This document shows, piece after piece, positions 1-15,335 of a stretch of 64,000 bases of DNA. Position numbers and translations under genes: made by a program. The notes under the pieces were generated by a model. It was not told the DNA's origin. It was given only the letters and a program-made list of their open reading frames with translations, and did not search any database. Where the stretch lies: assembly GCF_058153355.1 (NCBI RefSeq), contig NZ_CM177019.1; one strand, written 5' to 3'. The number at the start of each line of letters is the position of its first letter. The first letter of the stretch is position 1.

Positions 1-90
1 TGGATCTTCAAAATCAAAGCCAGCGATGAAAGCGAACTGGAATCACTGCTGGATGCGACCGCATACGAAGCATTGTTAGAAGACGAGTAA
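1..90 (+). CDS. gcvH: glycine cleavage system H protein, 3' end (partial, runs off window start)
   Basis: Frame 1 reads ...[29 protein letters not shown]-stop. It lies directly upstream of gcvP, as in the gcvTHP operon. Confidence 0.9.
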   Translation, partial: WIFKIKASDESELESLLDATAYEALLEDE

Positions 91-208
91 CAGCTTTATT
101 CCTCTTCTGCGGAAGAGGATCAGGGTGAGGAACATTTACGCCTCACCCTCACTCTCTTCGCAAGGAGAGAGGTTCACAATTCACTGCACGTTTCAGGAAC
201 CATCGCTC

Positions 209-3082
209 ATGACACAGACGTTAAGCCAGCTTGAAAACAGCGGCGCTTTTATTGAACGCCATATCGGACCGGACGCCGCGCAACAGCAAGAAATGCTGAA
301 TGCCGTTGGCGCACAATCGTTAAACGCGCTGACCGGCCAGATTGTGCCGAAAGATATTCAGCTTGCGACCCCGCCGCAGGTTGGCGCACCGGCGACCGAA
401 TACGCCGCGCTGGCGGAGCTCAAGGCTATTGCCAGTCGCAATAAACGCTTCACGTCTTACATCGGCATGGGTTACACCGCCGTGCAGCTACCGCCGGTTA
501 TTCTGCGTAACATGCTGGAAAATCCGGGCTGGTATACCGCGTATACTCCGTATCAACCTGAAGTCTCCCAGGGCCGCCTTGAAGCACTGCTCAACTTCCA
601 GCAGGTAACGCTGGATTTGACCGGGCTGGATATGGCTTCGGCTTCTCTTCTTGACGAAGCCACTGCTGCTGCCGAAGCAATGGCGATGGCAAAACGCGTC
701 AGTAAACTGAAAAATGCCAACCGCTTCTTCGTTGCTTCTGACGTGCATCCGCAAACCTTAGATGTAGTACGTACACGCGCAGAAACCTTTGGTTTTGAAG
801 TGATTGTCGACGATGCGCAAAAAGTTCTCGATCACCAGGACGTCTTCGGCGTGCTGTTACAGCAGGTTGGCACTACCGGTGAAATTCACGACTACACTGC
901 GCTTATCAGCGAACTGAAATCACGCAAAATTGTGGTCAGCGTCGCCGCCGATATTATGGCGCTGGTGCTGTTAACCGCGCCGGGTAAACAGGGCGCGGAT
1001 ATTGTCTTTGGTTCGGCGCAACGCTTCGGCGTGCCGATGGGCTACGGTGGCCCACATGCGGCATTCTTTGCGGCGAAAGATGAATACAAACGCTCAATGC
1101 CGGGCCGTATTATTGGTGTATCGAAAGATGCTGCGGGCAATACCGCGCTGCGCATGGCGATGCAGACTCGCGAGCAACATATTCGCCGTGAGAAAGCGAA
1201 CTCCAACATTTGTACTTCCCAGGTACTGCTGGCAAACATCGCCAGCCTGTATGCCGTTTATCACGGCCCGGTTGGCCTGAAACGTATCGCTAATCGCATC
1301 CACCGTCTGACCGATATCCTGGCAGCGGGCCTGCAACAAAAAGGTCTGAAGCTGCGCCATGCGCACTATTTCGATACTTTGTGTGTGGAAGTGGCCGACA
1401 AAGCGGGCGTGCTGGCGCGTGCCGAAGCGGCTGAAATCAACCTGCGTAGCGATATTCTGAATGCGGTTGGGATCACCCTTGATGAAACCACCACGCGCGA
1501 AAACGTGATGCAGCTTTTCAGCGTACTGCTGGGCGATAATCACGGACTGGACATCGACACGCTGGACAAAGACGTGGCTCACGACAGCCGTTCTATTCAG
1601 CCTGCAATGCTGCGCGATGACGAAATTCTCACCCATCCGGTGTTTAATCGCTACCACAGCGAAACCGAAATGATGCGCTATATGCACTCGCTGGAGCGTA
1701 AAGATCTGGCGCTGAATCAGGCGATGATCCCGCTGGGTTCCTGCACCATGAAACTGAACGCCGCCGCCGAGATGATCCCAATCACCTGGCCGGAATTTGC
1801 CGAACTGCACCCGTTCTGCCCGCCGGAACAGGCCGAAGGTTATCAGCAGATGATCGCGCAACTGGCTGACTGGCTGGTGAAACTGACCGGTTACGACGCC
1901 GTCTGTATGCAGCCGAACTCTGGCGCTCAGGGCGAATACGCGGGGCTGCTGGCGATTCGTCATTATCATGAAAGCCGCAACGAAGGGCATCGCGATATCT
2001 GCCTGATCCCGGCTTCTGCGCATGGCACTAACCCGGCTTCCGCGCATATGGCAGGAATGCAGGTGGTGGTTGTGGCGTGTGATAAAAACGGCAACATCGA
2101 TCTGACTGACCTGCGCGCGAAAGCGGAGCAGGCGGGCGATAATCTCTCCTGCATTATGGTGACCTATCCTTCCACCCACGGCGTGTACGAAGAAACGATC
2201 CGTGAAGTGTGTGAAATCGTGCATCAGTTCGGCGGTCAGGTTTACCTTGATGGCGCGAACATGAACGCTCAGGTTGGCATCACTTCGCCGGGCTTTATTG
2301 GCGCGGACGTTTCGCACCTTAACCTGCATAAAACTTTCTGCATTCCGCACGGCGGTGGTGGTCCGGGTATGGGACCGATCGGTGTGAAAGCGCATTTGGC
2401 ACCGTTTGTTCCGGGTCATAGTGTGGTGCAAATCGAAGGCATGTTAACCCGTCAGGGCGCGGTTTCTGCGGCACCGTTCGGTAGCGCTTCTATTCTGCCA
2501 ATTAGCTGGATGTACATCCGCATGATGGGCGCAGAAGGGCTGAAAAAAGCAAGCCAGGTGGCAATTCTTAACGCCAACTATATTGCCAGCCGCCTGCAGG
2601 ATGCCTTCCCGGTGCTGTATACCGGTCGCGACGGTCGCGTGGCGCACGAATGTATTCTCGATATTCGCCCGCTGAAAGAAGAAACCGGCATCAGCGAGCT
2701 GGATATTGCCAAGCGCCTGATCGACTACGGTTTTCACGCGCCGACTATGTCGTTCCCGGTGGCGGGGACGCTGATGGTAGAACCGACTGAATCTGAAAGC
2801 AAAGTGGAACTGGATCGCTTTATCGATGCGATGCTGTCTATCCGCGCAGAAATCGACCAGGTGAAAGCCGGTGTTTGGCCGCTGGAAGATAACCCGCTAG
2901 TGAACGCGCCGCACATTCAGAGCGAACTGGTCGCCGAGTGGGCGCATCCGTACAGCCGTGAAGTTGCAGTATTCCCGGCAGGCGTGGCAGACAAATACTG
3001 GCCGACAGTGAAACGTCTGGATGATGTTTATGGCGACCGTAACCTGTTCTGCTCCTGCGTACCGATTAGCGAATACCAGTAA
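209..3082 (+). CDS. gcvP: glycine dehydrogenase (decarboxylating), P protein of the glycine cleavage system
   Basis: The 985-aa ORF at 125..3082 contains the canonical N-terminus [21 protein letters not shown] at the ATG at 209, giving 957 aa. It is a full-length PLP-dependent GcvP. Confidence 0.97.
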   Translation: MTQTLSQLENSGAFIERHIGPDAAQQQEMLNAVGAQSLNALTGQIVPKDIQLATPPQVGAPATEYAALAELKAIASRNKRFTSYIGMGYTAVQLPPVILRNMLENPGWYTAYTPYQPEVSQGRLEALLNFQQVTLDLTGLDMASASLLDEATAAAEAMAMAKRVSKLKNANRFFVASDVHPQTLDVVRTRAETFGFEVIVDDAQKVLDHQDVFGVLLQQVGTTGEIHDYTALISELKSRKIVVSVAADIMALVLLTAPGKQGADIVFGSAQRFGVPMGYGGPHAAFFAAKDEYKRSMPGRIIGVSKDAAGNTALRMAMQTREQHIRREKANSNICTSQVLLANIASLYAVYHGPVGLKRIANRIHRLTDILAAGLQQKGLKLRHAHYFDTLCVEVADKAGVLARAEAAEINLRSDILNAVGITLDETTTRENVMQLFSVLLGDNHGLDIDTLDKDVAHDSRSIQPAMLRDDEILTHPVFNRYHSETEMMRYMHSLERKDLALNQAMIPLGSCTMKLNAAAEMIPITWPEFAELHPFCPPEQAEGYQQMIAQLADWLVKLTGYDAVCMQPNSGAQGEYAGLLAIRHYHESRNEGHRDICLIPASAHGTNPASAHMAGMQVVVVACDKNGNIDLTDLRAKAEQAGDNLSCIMVTYPSTHGVYEETIREVCEIVHQFGGQVYLDGANMNAQVGITSPGFIGADVSHLNLHKTFCIPHGGGGPGMGPIGVKAHLAPFVPGHSVVQIEGMLTRQGAVSAAPFGSASILPISWMYIRMMGAEGLKKASQVAILNANYIASRLQDAFPVLYTGRDGRVAHECILDIRPLKEETGISELDIAKRLIDYGFHAPTMSFPVAGTLMVEPTESESKVELDRFIDAMLSIRAEIDQVKAGVWPLEDNPLVNAPHIQSELVAEWAHPYSREVAVFPAGVADKYWPTVKRLDDVYGDRNLFCSCVPISEYQ

Positions 3083-3104
3083 TTTACTGATCCGACTATC
3101 TTCT

Positions 3105-3124
3105 AAAGGCGCTTCGGCGCCTTT
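3105..3124 (+). repeat. GC-rich hairpin AAAGGCGCTTCGGCGCCTTT, copy 1 (no T-tract)
   Basis: This perfect 20-nt palindromic hairpin is repeated exactly at 3278..3297. This copy is followed by GACACTG rather than a U-tract. Confidence 0.8.
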
Positions 3125-3148
3125 GACACTGATGTCAAACTCAACATT

Positions 3149-3247
3149 GCCTGATACACCTCGTTTATCAGGCCTACATAGTCTGTGCAATGTATTGAAT
3201 TTGCACGATTTTGTAGGCTGGATAAGGCGTTCACGCCGCATCCGGCA
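3149..3247. repeat. REP pair (BIME-like) in the gcvP-ygfF spacer
   Basis: Two inverted REP-type palindromes are present: GCCTGATACACCTCGTTTATCAGGCCTACA and GTAGGCTGGATAAGGCGTTCACGCCGCATCCGGCA. Confidence 0.8.
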
Positions 3248-3277
3248 TAATAAAAGCACTTTGTCATCAATAATTTG

Positions 3278-3305
3278 AAAGGCGCTTCGGCGCCTTTATT
3301 TTTTT
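3278..3305 (+). terminator. intrinsic terminator downstream of gcvP (hairpin copy 2 plus T-tract)
   Basis: AAAGGCGCTTCGGCGCCTTT is followed by ATTTTTTT. Confidence 0.75.
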
Positions 3306-3315
3306 AGGAAAACAA

Positions 3316-4059
3316 ATGACTATAGCACTTGTGACCGGTGGCAGTCGCGGCATCGGGCGGGCAACTGCATTACTGTTGGCGCAAGAAGGATATACGGTGG
3401 CGGTTAATTATCAGCAAAACCGCCACGCAGCGCAGGAAGTTGTGAACTTAATAACTGAAGCAGGTGGCAAAGCGTTTGCGCTCCAGGCGGATATCAGTGA
3501 CGAAAATCAGGTCATCGCAATGTTTACAGCAATCGATCAGCACGATGAACCGCTAGCCGCGCTGGTCAATAACGCCGGGATCTTGTTTACCCAGTGCACC
3601 GTAGAAAACCTTACCGCAGAGCGAATCAACCGGGTACTTTCCACCAATGTGACGGGATATTTTCTCTGTTGCCGCGAGGCGGTAAAACGCATGGCGCTTA
3701 AAAATGGCGGTAATGGCGGTGCTATCGTCAATGTCTCTTCAGTGGCCTCACGGCTGGGATCTCCGGGGGAATACGTTGATTATGCGGCCTCGAAAGGGGC
3801 GATTGATACGTTAACCACCGGACTATCGCTGGAAGTCGCCGCGCAGGGGATCCGCGTTAACGGCGTGCGGCCAGGGTTTATTTATACCGAAATGCACGCC
3901 AGCGGTGGCGAGCCTGGACGCGTTGATCGCGTTAAGTCGAATATCCCCATGCAGCGTGGCGGACAGGCGGAAGAGGTCGCGCAGGCCATCGTCTGGCTGT
4001 TAAGTGATAAAGCCTCTTATGTCACGGGAAGTTTTATCGATTTGGCGGGTGGAAAATAA
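3316..4059 (+). CDS. ygfF: short-chain dehydrogenase/reductase YgfF
   Basis: 247 aa with the TGGSRGIG Rossmann motif and the YxxxK SDR catalytic motif (YAASK). Synteny with gcvP and bglA supports the call. Confidence 0.9.
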   Translation: MTIALVTGGSRGIGRATALLLAQEGYTVAVNYQQNRHAAQEVVNLITEAGGKAFALQADISDENQVIAMFTAIDQHDEPLAALVNNAGILFTQCTVENLTAERINRVLSTNVTGYFLCCREAVKRMALKNGGNGGAIVNVSSVASRLGSPGEYVDYAASKGAIDTLTTGLSLEVAAQGIRVNGVRPGFIYTEMHASGGEPGRVDRVKSNIPMQRGGQAEEVAQAIVWLLSDKASYVTGSFIDLAGGK

Positions 4060-4120
4060 AACAGGACAGTTGTCTGACCGGATGCAACGCAACAAGTATT
4101 GCATCCGGTACTTCATCGAC

Positions 4121-5581
<1,461 letters not shown>

Positions 5582-5598
5582 TTACAGGAAATAGTACC

Positions 5599-5910
5599 AT
5601 GCAGCCAAACGACATCACTTTTTTTCAACGTTTCCAGGATGACATTCTGGCTGGGCGTAAAACCATCACCATCCGCGACGAGTCTGAATCGCACTTCAAA
5701 ACGGGTGATGTGCTTCGTGTCGGGCGCTTTGAAGATGACGGTTATTTTTGCACGATTGAAGTCACTGCAACCTCAACCGTAACGCTGGATACACTGACGG
5801 AAAAACATGCAGAGCAGGAAAATATGCCCCTGACTGATCTGAAAAAGGTCATTGCCGATATCTATCCCGGCCAGACACAGTTTTATGTGATTGAATTTAA
5901 ATGCCTTTAA
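5599..5910 (+). CDS. yqfB: ASCH-domain protein YqfB (N4-acetylcytidine amidohydrolase)
   Basis: 103 aa, [27 protein letters not shown]... Conserved position between bglA and yqfA. Confidence 0.88.
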   Translation: MQPNDITFFQRFQDDILAGRKTITIRDESESHFKTGDVLRVGRFEDDGYFCTIEVTATSTVTLDTLTEKHAEQENMPLTDLKKVIADIYPGQTQFYVIEFKCL

Positions 5911-6070
5911 ATTGAACTCACGCCTGTTAGTTGAAATTTCGCATTTAATTTCATGATTTTTCGGAGATTAGTCTCAAATCAGAATTTATTTTAGCTAACA
6001 GGTGTTCACTGGAACTATTCTCAGTTACGCTGGAGAAGTGTTCACGTGCGTGTACGTTTCTCCGGAGTAA

Positions 6071-6733
<663 letters not shown>

Positions 6734-6745
6734 TGAGTGTGCCTT

Positions 6746-6776
<31 letters not shown>

Positions 6777-6806
6777 TCTACCCCGGTTTCCCAGATTGCA
6801 GGCATG

Positions 6807-8195
<1,389 letters not shown>

Positions 8196-8207
8196 CGATA
8201 CAGAGAT

Positions 8208-9188
8208 TTACTCTTCGAGCGAATACGGCAGCGGCTCGATATGCAATGTATTCATATCGTCGCGTACGCGGAAGATGCTGTCCGGTTCCATATCGTTATT
8301 CATGACGACCTGTACCACGACCTGACCATCTTCCAGTTTTACCGCAGCCAGCACCGTACCGGTACGACGCCAGTTCTCGCCCATTTTCAGCTCTAAATCT
8401 TCACCCGCTTCCGGCAGTCGGCTGGCGCTACCTGCCAGCAGCCAGAGGGCACGTTTGTTGGCACCGCGGAATTTAGCTCGTGCCACCATCTCTTGTCCGG
8501 TATAACAGCCTTTTTTAAAGCTGATGCCGCCCAGCGCCTGGAGGTTGGTCGCCTGTGGGATAAACTGCCCGCTGTTGGCGGCATCAATCACCGGAAAACC
8601 CGCTTCAATGTTTAATGCCAGCCACTGTTGGCTATTGTTCAGTTCCGCTTCACCGCGCAGTTTATCGGTCAGCGTATTGGCGGTAGCTTCATCGGTTACG
8701 ATCAGGAAACGTTCTGCTGGGTGTTCAAACCATAGCAGGGTAGTCGCACCTTCTCTGATAACCTGCTTTTCCTTCGAAGGTAATTCACTAAAGAGGTTAG
8801 CCAGCGCAGCGCGTGCCTGAAAACCGGCAACACCAAGCAGCACACGTTCATCGTCTGGCGCGATGGTCACTTTAGAGAACACCGCATATTTTTTCAGTTC
8901 AGTCAGTTGCGACTCGCGCACGCTGCGCCGTTCAATCCACGCAAAGCCATCGCCGTCGCGGAACAGACGTAAATTGCTCCACATTTTACCTTTGGCGTCG
9001 CAATGGGCGGCGAGCAGGTGCTGATCTTCTGTCATCTGGCTGACATCTGCTGTCACCTGACCCTGCATATATTTTTCGCTGTCCGTGCCAGTAATGGTGG
9101 CAAGCGCCCAGTCATCAAGCGTCATCAGCGTCAGCGGTAAACGGGCAGAAGCCGTAGGCTGACGGGGAGGAAAAGGTGTAAAAGCCAT
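8208..9188 (-). CDS. ygfZ: tRNA-modifying / Fe-S cluster repair folate-binding protein YgfZ
   Basis: The ORF at 8208..9254 has the canonical start [29 protein letters not shown], giving 326 aa. It carries the conserved KGCYTGQE motif. Confidence 0.92.
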   Translation of the reverse strand: MAFTPFPPRQPTASARLPLTLMTLDDWALATITGTDSEKYMQGQVTADVSQMTEDQHLLAAHCDAKGKMWSNLRLFRDGDGFAWIERRSVRESQLTELKKYAVFSKVTIAPDDERVLLGVAGFQARAALANLFSELPSKEKQVIREGATTLLWFEHPAERFLIVTDEATANTLTDKLRGEAELNNSQQWLALNIEAGFPVIDAANSGQFIPQATNLQALGGISFKKGCYTGQEMVARAKFRGANKRALWLLAGSASRLPEAGEDLELKMGENWRRTGTVLAAVKLEDGQVVVQVVMNNDMEPDSIFRVRDDMNTLHIEPLPYSLEE

Positions 9189-9427
9189 AATGGAGTCCTG
9201 TTTTACAAACGGCGTATTTATGACTAATGGTAAAAGAGCTATGAGGCAATGCAAGTGCTTTCACTACGCGATCTGTGCCTTCTGATATGCTTTGCGAGGC
9301 GACTTCCAAAAAAATGAAGCCCTTGAAATATTGTGGGTTAATTTCGCGATCGCGATTGTGTTTACTGATATTCCCGCAAAAGAAGTCGAAAAACACGTTA
9401 CAATAGCCTGGTACTGGATTTTCGTGA

Positions 9428-10094
<667 letters not shown>

Positions 10095-10133
10095 AGATGA
10101 CGGCAAAGGCTGTGTGCTAAGCCGTCAGTGACA

Positions 10134-10655
10134 TCAGGCGTAATGCTCTGCCATTTCGTTGAGGATTTGCTCGCACCAGCTCTGAATACGCTCGTCGCTA
10201 AGGTCATACTGGTTAGTTTCGTCCAGTGCCAGACCCACGAACAGTTGCCCGTCAGCAATCACCGGTTTCGGGCTGGTAAACTCATATCCTTCCGTTGGCC
10301 AGTAGCCGACGAACTTCACGCCTTTGGTCGAGAGTTTGTCATGCAGCATGCCGAGCGCATCGAGGAACCACTCGCCGTACCCCAGTTGATCGCCAAGCCC
10401 ATACAGCGCAACAATTTTACCTTCGAGATTCAGGTCGTCGAGCTGATCCCAGACGGCTTCCCAGTCTTCCTGGATTTCGCCAAAATCCCAGGTCGGGATA
10501 CCCAGAATGAGCACATCGTACTGCTCCATTAATTTCGGGGAGTCGTCCTTGAGGTTATGTAAGGTCACCAGTTCTGGGCCGATAATATCGCGGATTTTTT
10601 CTGCCGCCATTTCGGTATAACAGGTGCTGGAACCATAAAAAAGACCCATATTCAT
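10134..10655 (-). CDS. fldB: flavodoxin 2
   Basis: 173 aa, [21 protein letters not shown]... a long-chain flavodoxin. Confidence 0.94.
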
Positions 10656-10766
10656 AACGTAAGCTTCTCGATTCTGCTGTGGCTTTTGCGGCTAGTGTAT
10701 CAGAATCGCTTTAGTCACGGCACAATAAGGCATAATGGATCAAATGAGTGACCATAAGGGGCGCAA

Positions 10767-11663
10767 GTGAAACAGGATCTGGCACGCATCGAGCAGTTTC
10801 TTGATGCTCTGTGGCTGGAAAAAAATCTGGCTGAAAATACGTTGAACGCATACCGTCGCGATCTGTCAATGATGGTGGAGTGGTTGCATCACCGCGGGTT
10901 GACGCTGGCGACGGCGCAAAGTGACGATTTGCAGGCATTACTGGCAGAACGGCTGGAGGGCGGGTATAAAGCCACCAGCTCAGCGCGTTTGCTGAGTGCA
11001 GTGCGACGATTGTTCCAGTATCTTTATCGCGAAAACTTTCGTGAAGACGATCCCAGCGCGCATCTGGCTTCGCCGAAATTGCCCCAGCGTTTGCCAAAAG
11101 ATTTAAGCGAAGCGCAGGTCGAACGATTATTACAGGCACCATTAATTGATCAGCCACTGGAGCTGCGCGATAAAGCCATGCTTGAAGTGTTGTATGCTAC
11201 CGGGCTGCGTGTCTCTGAACTGGTCGGGCTGACAATGAGTGATATCAGCCTGCGTCAGGGCGTAGTGCGGGTCATTGGTAAAGGCAACAAAGAACGCCTT
11301 GTGCCGTTAGGTGAAGAGGCGGTTTACTGGCTGGAAACTTATCTGGAACACGGGCGACCGTGGTTGCTAAACGGTGTGTCGATTGACGTGTTGTTTCCCA
11401 GCCAGCGCGCGCAGCAGATGACGAGACAAACCTTCTGGCACCGCATTAAACATTATGCTGTGCTGGCGGGGATCGACAGCGAAAAGCTGTCACCGCATGT
11501 GTTGCGTCACGCCTTTGCCACTCATTTATTAAATCATGGTGCGGATTTACGCGTGGTTCAGATGCTACTGGGCCACAGCGATCTTTCCACCACGCAAATT
11601 TATACGCATGTCGCTACCGAGCGTCTGCGGCAACTTCATCAACAGCATCACCCGCGGGCGTGA
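10767..11663 (+). CDS. xerD: site-specific tyrosine recombinase XerD
   Basis: 298 aa with C-terminal HxLRHxxATHLL ... GHSDLSTTQIYTH catalytic motifs. Confidence 0.96.
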   Translation: MKQDLARIEQFLDALWLEKNLAENTLNAYRRDLSMMVEWLHHRGLTLATAQSDDLQALLAERLEGGYKATSSARLLSAVRRLFQYLYRENFREDDPSAHLASPKLPQRLPKDLSEAQVERLLQAPLIDQPLELRDKAMLEVLYATGLRVSELVGLTMSDISLRQGVVRVIGKGNKERLVPLGEEAVYWLETYLEHGRPWLLNGVSIDVLFPSQRAQQMTRQTFWHRIKHYAVLAGIDSEKLSPHVLRHAFATHLLNHGADLRVVQMLLGHSDLSTTQIYTHVATERLRQLHQQHHPRA

Positions 11664-11687
11664 TGTCTGAAAAGAACGGGAAGATTT

Positions 11688-12398
11688 ATGAAGAAAGGTT
11701 TTATGTTATTTACGTTGTTGGCGGCGTTTTCTGGTTTTGCTCAGGCTGATGACGCGGCAATTCAACAAACGTTAGCCAAAATGGGCATCAAAAGCAGCGA
11801 TATTCAGCCTGCACCCGTGGCTGGCATGAAGACAGTTCTGACTAACAGCGGTGTGTTGTACATCACCGATGACGGTAAACATATCATTCAGGGGCCAATG
11901 TATGACGTTAGCGGAACGGCTCCGGTCAATGTCACCAATAAGATGCTGTTAAAGCAACTGAACGCGCTTGAAAACGAGATGATCGTTTATAAAGCGCCGC
12001 AGGAAAAACACGTCATTACCGTGTTTACTGATATTACCTGTGGTTACTGCCACAAACTGCATGAGCAAATGGCAGACTACAACGCGCTGGGGATCACCGT
12101 GCGTTATCTTGCTTTCCCTCGCCAGGGGCTGGAGAGCCAGGCTGAGCAACAAATGAAAGCCATCTGGTGTGCGAAAGATAAAAAGAAAGCGTTTGATGAT
12201 GTGATGGCGGGTAAAGCTGCCACTCCGGCAAGTTGCGATATCGATATTGCCGATCATTACGCACTTGGCGTCCAGCTTGGCGTTAGTGGCACTCCGGCAA
12301 TTGTGCTGAGCAATGGCACACTTGTTCCGGGTTACCAGCCGCCGAAAGAGATGAAAGAATTCCTCGACGAACACCAAAAAATGACCAGCGGTAAATAA
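11688..12398 (+). CDS. dsbC: periplasmic disulfide isomerase DsbC
   Basis: 236 aa with a signal peptide and a CGYC active site. Confidence 0.95.
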   Translation: MKKGFMLFTLLAAFSGFAQADDAAIQQTLAKMGIKSSDIQPAPVAGMKTVLTNSGVLYITDDGKHIIQGPMYDVSGTAPVNVTNKMLLKQLNALENEMIVYKAPQEKHVITVFTDITCGYCHKLHEQMADYNALGITVRYLAFPRQGLESQAEQQMKAIWCAKDKKKAFDDVMAGKAATPASCDIDIADHYALGVQLGVSGTPAIVLSNGTLVPGYQPPKEMKEFLDEHQKMTSGK

Positions 12399-12403
12399 TT
12401 CGC

Positions 12404-14137
12404 GTGAAACAACAGATACAACTTCGTCGCCGTGAAGTCGATGAAACGGCAGACTTGCCCGCTGAATTGCCTCCCTTGCTGCGCCGTTTATATGCCAGCC
12501 GGGGAGTACGCAGTGCGCAAGAACTGGAACGTAGTGTAAAAGGTATGCTGCCCTGGCAGCAACTGAGCGGCGTCGAAAAGGCCGTTGAGATCCTTTACAA
12601 CGCTTTTCGCGAAGGAACGCGGATTATGGTGGTCGGTGACTTCGACGCCGACGGTGCCACCAGCACGGCTCTAAGCGTGCTGGCGATGCGCTCGCTTGGT
12701 TGCAGCAATATCGACTACCTGGTACCAAACCGTTTCGAAGACGGTTACGGCTTAAGCCCGGAAGTGGTCGATCAGGCCCATGCCCGTGGCGCGCAGTTAA
12801 TTGTCACGGTGGATAACGGCATTTCCTCCCATGCGGGGGTTGAACATGCTCGATCGTTGGGCATTCCGGTTATTGTTACCGATCACCATTTGCCGGGCGA
12901 AACATTACCCGCGGCGGAAGCGATCATTAACCCTAACTTGCGCGACTGCAATTTCCCGTCGAAATCACTGGCAGGCGTGGGTGTGGCGTTTTATTTAATG
13001 CTGGCGCTGCGCACCTTTTTGCGTGATCAGGGCTGGTTTGATGAGCGCGGCATCGCAATTCCTAACCTGGCAGAACTGCTGGATCTGGTCGCGTTGGGGA
13101 CAGTGGCGGACGTCGTGCCGCTGGACGCTAATAATCGCATTCTGACCTGGCAGGGGATGAGTCGCATCCGTGCCGGAAAGTGCCGTCCAGGGATTAAAGC
13201 GTTGCTGGAAGTGGCCAACCGCGATGCGCAAAAACTCGCCGCCAGCGATTTAGGTTTTGCGCTGGGGCCACGTCTCAATGCAGCTGGGAGACTGGATGAT
13301 ATGTCCGTTGGTGTGGCGCTGTTGCTGTGCGACAACATCGGCGAAGCGCGAGTACTGGCAAATGAACTCGATGCGCTAAACCAGACGCGAAAAGAGATCG
13401 AACAGGGAATGCAGGTTGAAGCCCTGACCCTGTGCGAGAAACTGGAGCGCAGCCGCGACACGCTACCCGGCGGGCTGGCAATGTATCACCCGGAATGGCA
13501 TCAGGGCGTGGTTGGTATTCTGGCTTCGCGTATTAAAGAGCGTTTTCACCGTCCGGTTATCGCTTTTGCGCCTGCGGGTGACGGTACGCTGAAAGGTTCC
13601 GGTCGCTCCATTCAGGGGCTGCATATGCGTGATGCGCTGGAGCGGCTAGACACACTCTACCCCGGCATGATGCTGAAGTTTGGCGGTCATGCGATGGCGG
13701 CAGGCCTGTCGCTGGAAGAGGATAAATTCGAACTCTTTCAGCAACGGTTTGGCGAACTGGTTACTGAGTGGCTGGACCCTTCGCTATTGCAAGGCGAAGT
13801 GGTGTCAGACGGTCCGCTAAGCCCAGCCGAAATGACCATGGAAGTGGCGCAGCTGCTGCGCGATGCTGGCCCGTGGGGGCAGATGTTCCCGGAGCCGCTG
13901 TTTGACGGTCATTTCCGTCTGCTGCAACAGCGACTGGTGGGTGAACGTCATTTGAAAGTCATGGTCGAACCGGTCGGCGGCGGTCCGCTGCTGGACGGTA
14001 TTGCTTTTAATGTCGATACCGCCCTCTGGCCGGATAACGGCGTGCGCGAAGTGCAACTGGCTTACAAGCTGGATATCAACGAGTTTCGTGGCAACCGCAG
14101 CCTGCAAATTATCATCGACAATATCTGGCCAATTTAG
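12404..14137 (+). CDS. recJ: single-stranded-DNA-specific 5'-3' exonuclease RecJ
   Basis: 577 aa with DHH/DHHA1 motifs (GDFDADG, DHH at VTDHHLPG). Confidence 0.96.
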   Translation: MKQQIQLRRREVDETADLPAELPPLLRRLYASRGVRSAQELERSVKGMLPWQQLSGVEKAVEILYNAFREGTRIMVVGDFDADGATSTALSVLAMRSLGCSNIDYLVPNRFEDGYGLSPEVVDQAHARGAQLIVTVDNGISSHAGVEHARSLGIPVIVTDHHLPGETLPAAEAIINPNLRDCNFPSKSLAGVGVAFYLMLALRTFLRDQGWFDERGIAIPNLAELLDLVALGTVADVVPLDANNRILTWQGMSRIRAGKCRPGIKALLEVANRDAQKLAASDLGFALGPRLNAAGRLDDMSVGVALLLCDNIGEARVLANELDALNQTRKEIEQGMQVEALTLCEKLERSRDTLPGGLAMYHPEWHQGVVGILASRIKERFHRPVIAFAPAGDGTLKGSGRSIQGLHMRDALERLDTLYPGMMLKFGGHAMAAGLSLEEDKFELFQQRFGELVTEWLDPSLLQGEVVSDGPLSPAEMTMEVAQLLRDAGPWGQMFPEPLFDGHFRLLQQRLVGERHLKVMVEPVGGGPLLDGIAFNVDTALWPDNGVREVQLAYKLDINEFRGNRSLQIIIDNIWPI

Positions 14138-14227
14138 CGTCATATTATCTATAAAAAAGAGCGTGGATTGGGTACAATCCCGCTCTTATCACCGCATTTT
14201 GACTAGCTCAATAAAAGAAATCAGACC

Positions 14228-15326
14228 ATGTTTGAAATTAATCCGGTAAATAATCGCATTCAGGACCTCACGGAACGCTCCGACGTTCTTAGGGGGTATC
14301 TTTGACTACGACGCCAAGAAAGAGCGTCTGGAAGAAGTAAACGCCGAGCTGGAACAGCCGGATGTCTGGAACGAACCCGAACGCGCACAGGCGCTGGGTA
14401 AAGAGCGTTCCTCCCTCGAAGCCGTTGTCGACACCCTCGACCAAATGAAACAGGGGCTGGAAGATGTTTCTGGTCTGCTGGAGCTGGCTGTAGAAGCTGA
14501 CGACGAAGAAACCTTTAACGAAGCCGTTGCTGAACTCGACGCCCTGGAAGAAAAACTGGCGCAGCTTGAGTTCCGTCGTATGTTCTCTGGCGAATATGAT
14601 AGCGCCGACTGCTACCTCGATATTCAGGCAGGTTCTGGCGGTACGGAAGCACAGGACTGGGCGAGCATGCTTGAGCGTATGTATCTGCGCTGGGCTGAAT
14701 CGCGTGGTTTCAAAACTGAAATCATCGAAGAGTCGGAAGGTGAAGTGGCGGGTATTAAATCCGTGACTATCAAAATCTCCGGCGATTACGCTTACGGCTG
14801 GCTGCGTACTGAAACCGGCGTTCACCGCCTGGTGCGCAAGAGCCCGTTTGACTCCGGCGGTCGTCGCCACACGTCGTTCAGCTCCGCGTTTGTTTACCCG
14901 GAAGTCGATGATGATATCGATATCGAAATCAATCCGGCGGATCTGCGCATCGACGTTTATCGCGCATCCGGCGCGGGTGGTCAGCACGTTAACCGTACCG
15001 AATCTGCGGTGCGTATTACTCACATCCCAACCGGGATTGTGACCCAATGCCAGAACGACCGTTCCCAGCACAAGAACAAAGACCAGGCCATGAAGCAGAT
15101 GAAAGCGAAGCTTTATGAACTGGAGATGCAGAAGAAAAATGCCGAGAAACAGGCGATGGAAGATAACAAATCTGACATCGGCTGGGGCAGCCAGATTCGT
15201 TCTTATGTCCTTGATGACTCCCGCATTAAAGATCTGCGTACCGGGGTAGAAACTCGTAACACGCAGGCAGTGCTGGACGGCAGCCTGGATCAATTTATCG
15301 AAGCAAGTTTGAAAGCAGGGTTATGA
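14228..15326 (+). CDS. prfB: peptide chain release factor 2, requires +1 programmed frameshift at codon 26
   Basis: ATG at 14228. Frame 0 reads [25 protein letters not shown] and then hits TGA at 14303-14305. The +1 frame (GAC at 14304) continues [18 protein letters not shown]... into the 14445..15326 ORF, which carries the SPF and GGQ (SGAGGQHVN) motifs. Confidence 0.95.
14291..14306 (+). promoter_or_regulatory. prfB autoregulatory +1 frameshift site (internal SD AGGGGG + CUU UGA C slippery/stop context)
   Basis: The sequence AGGGGGTATCTTTGAC is present exactly as in the classical RF2 recoding site. Confidence 0.93.
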
Positions 15327-15335
15327 GGAACCAAC

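Noticed and set aside
1094-2431. 445-aa ORF on the minus strand inside gcvP
   Set aside because: It lies entirely antisense to a well-supported conserved gene. The composition is Arg/His-rich and junk-like. It is a typical shadow ORF of a GC3-rich gene.
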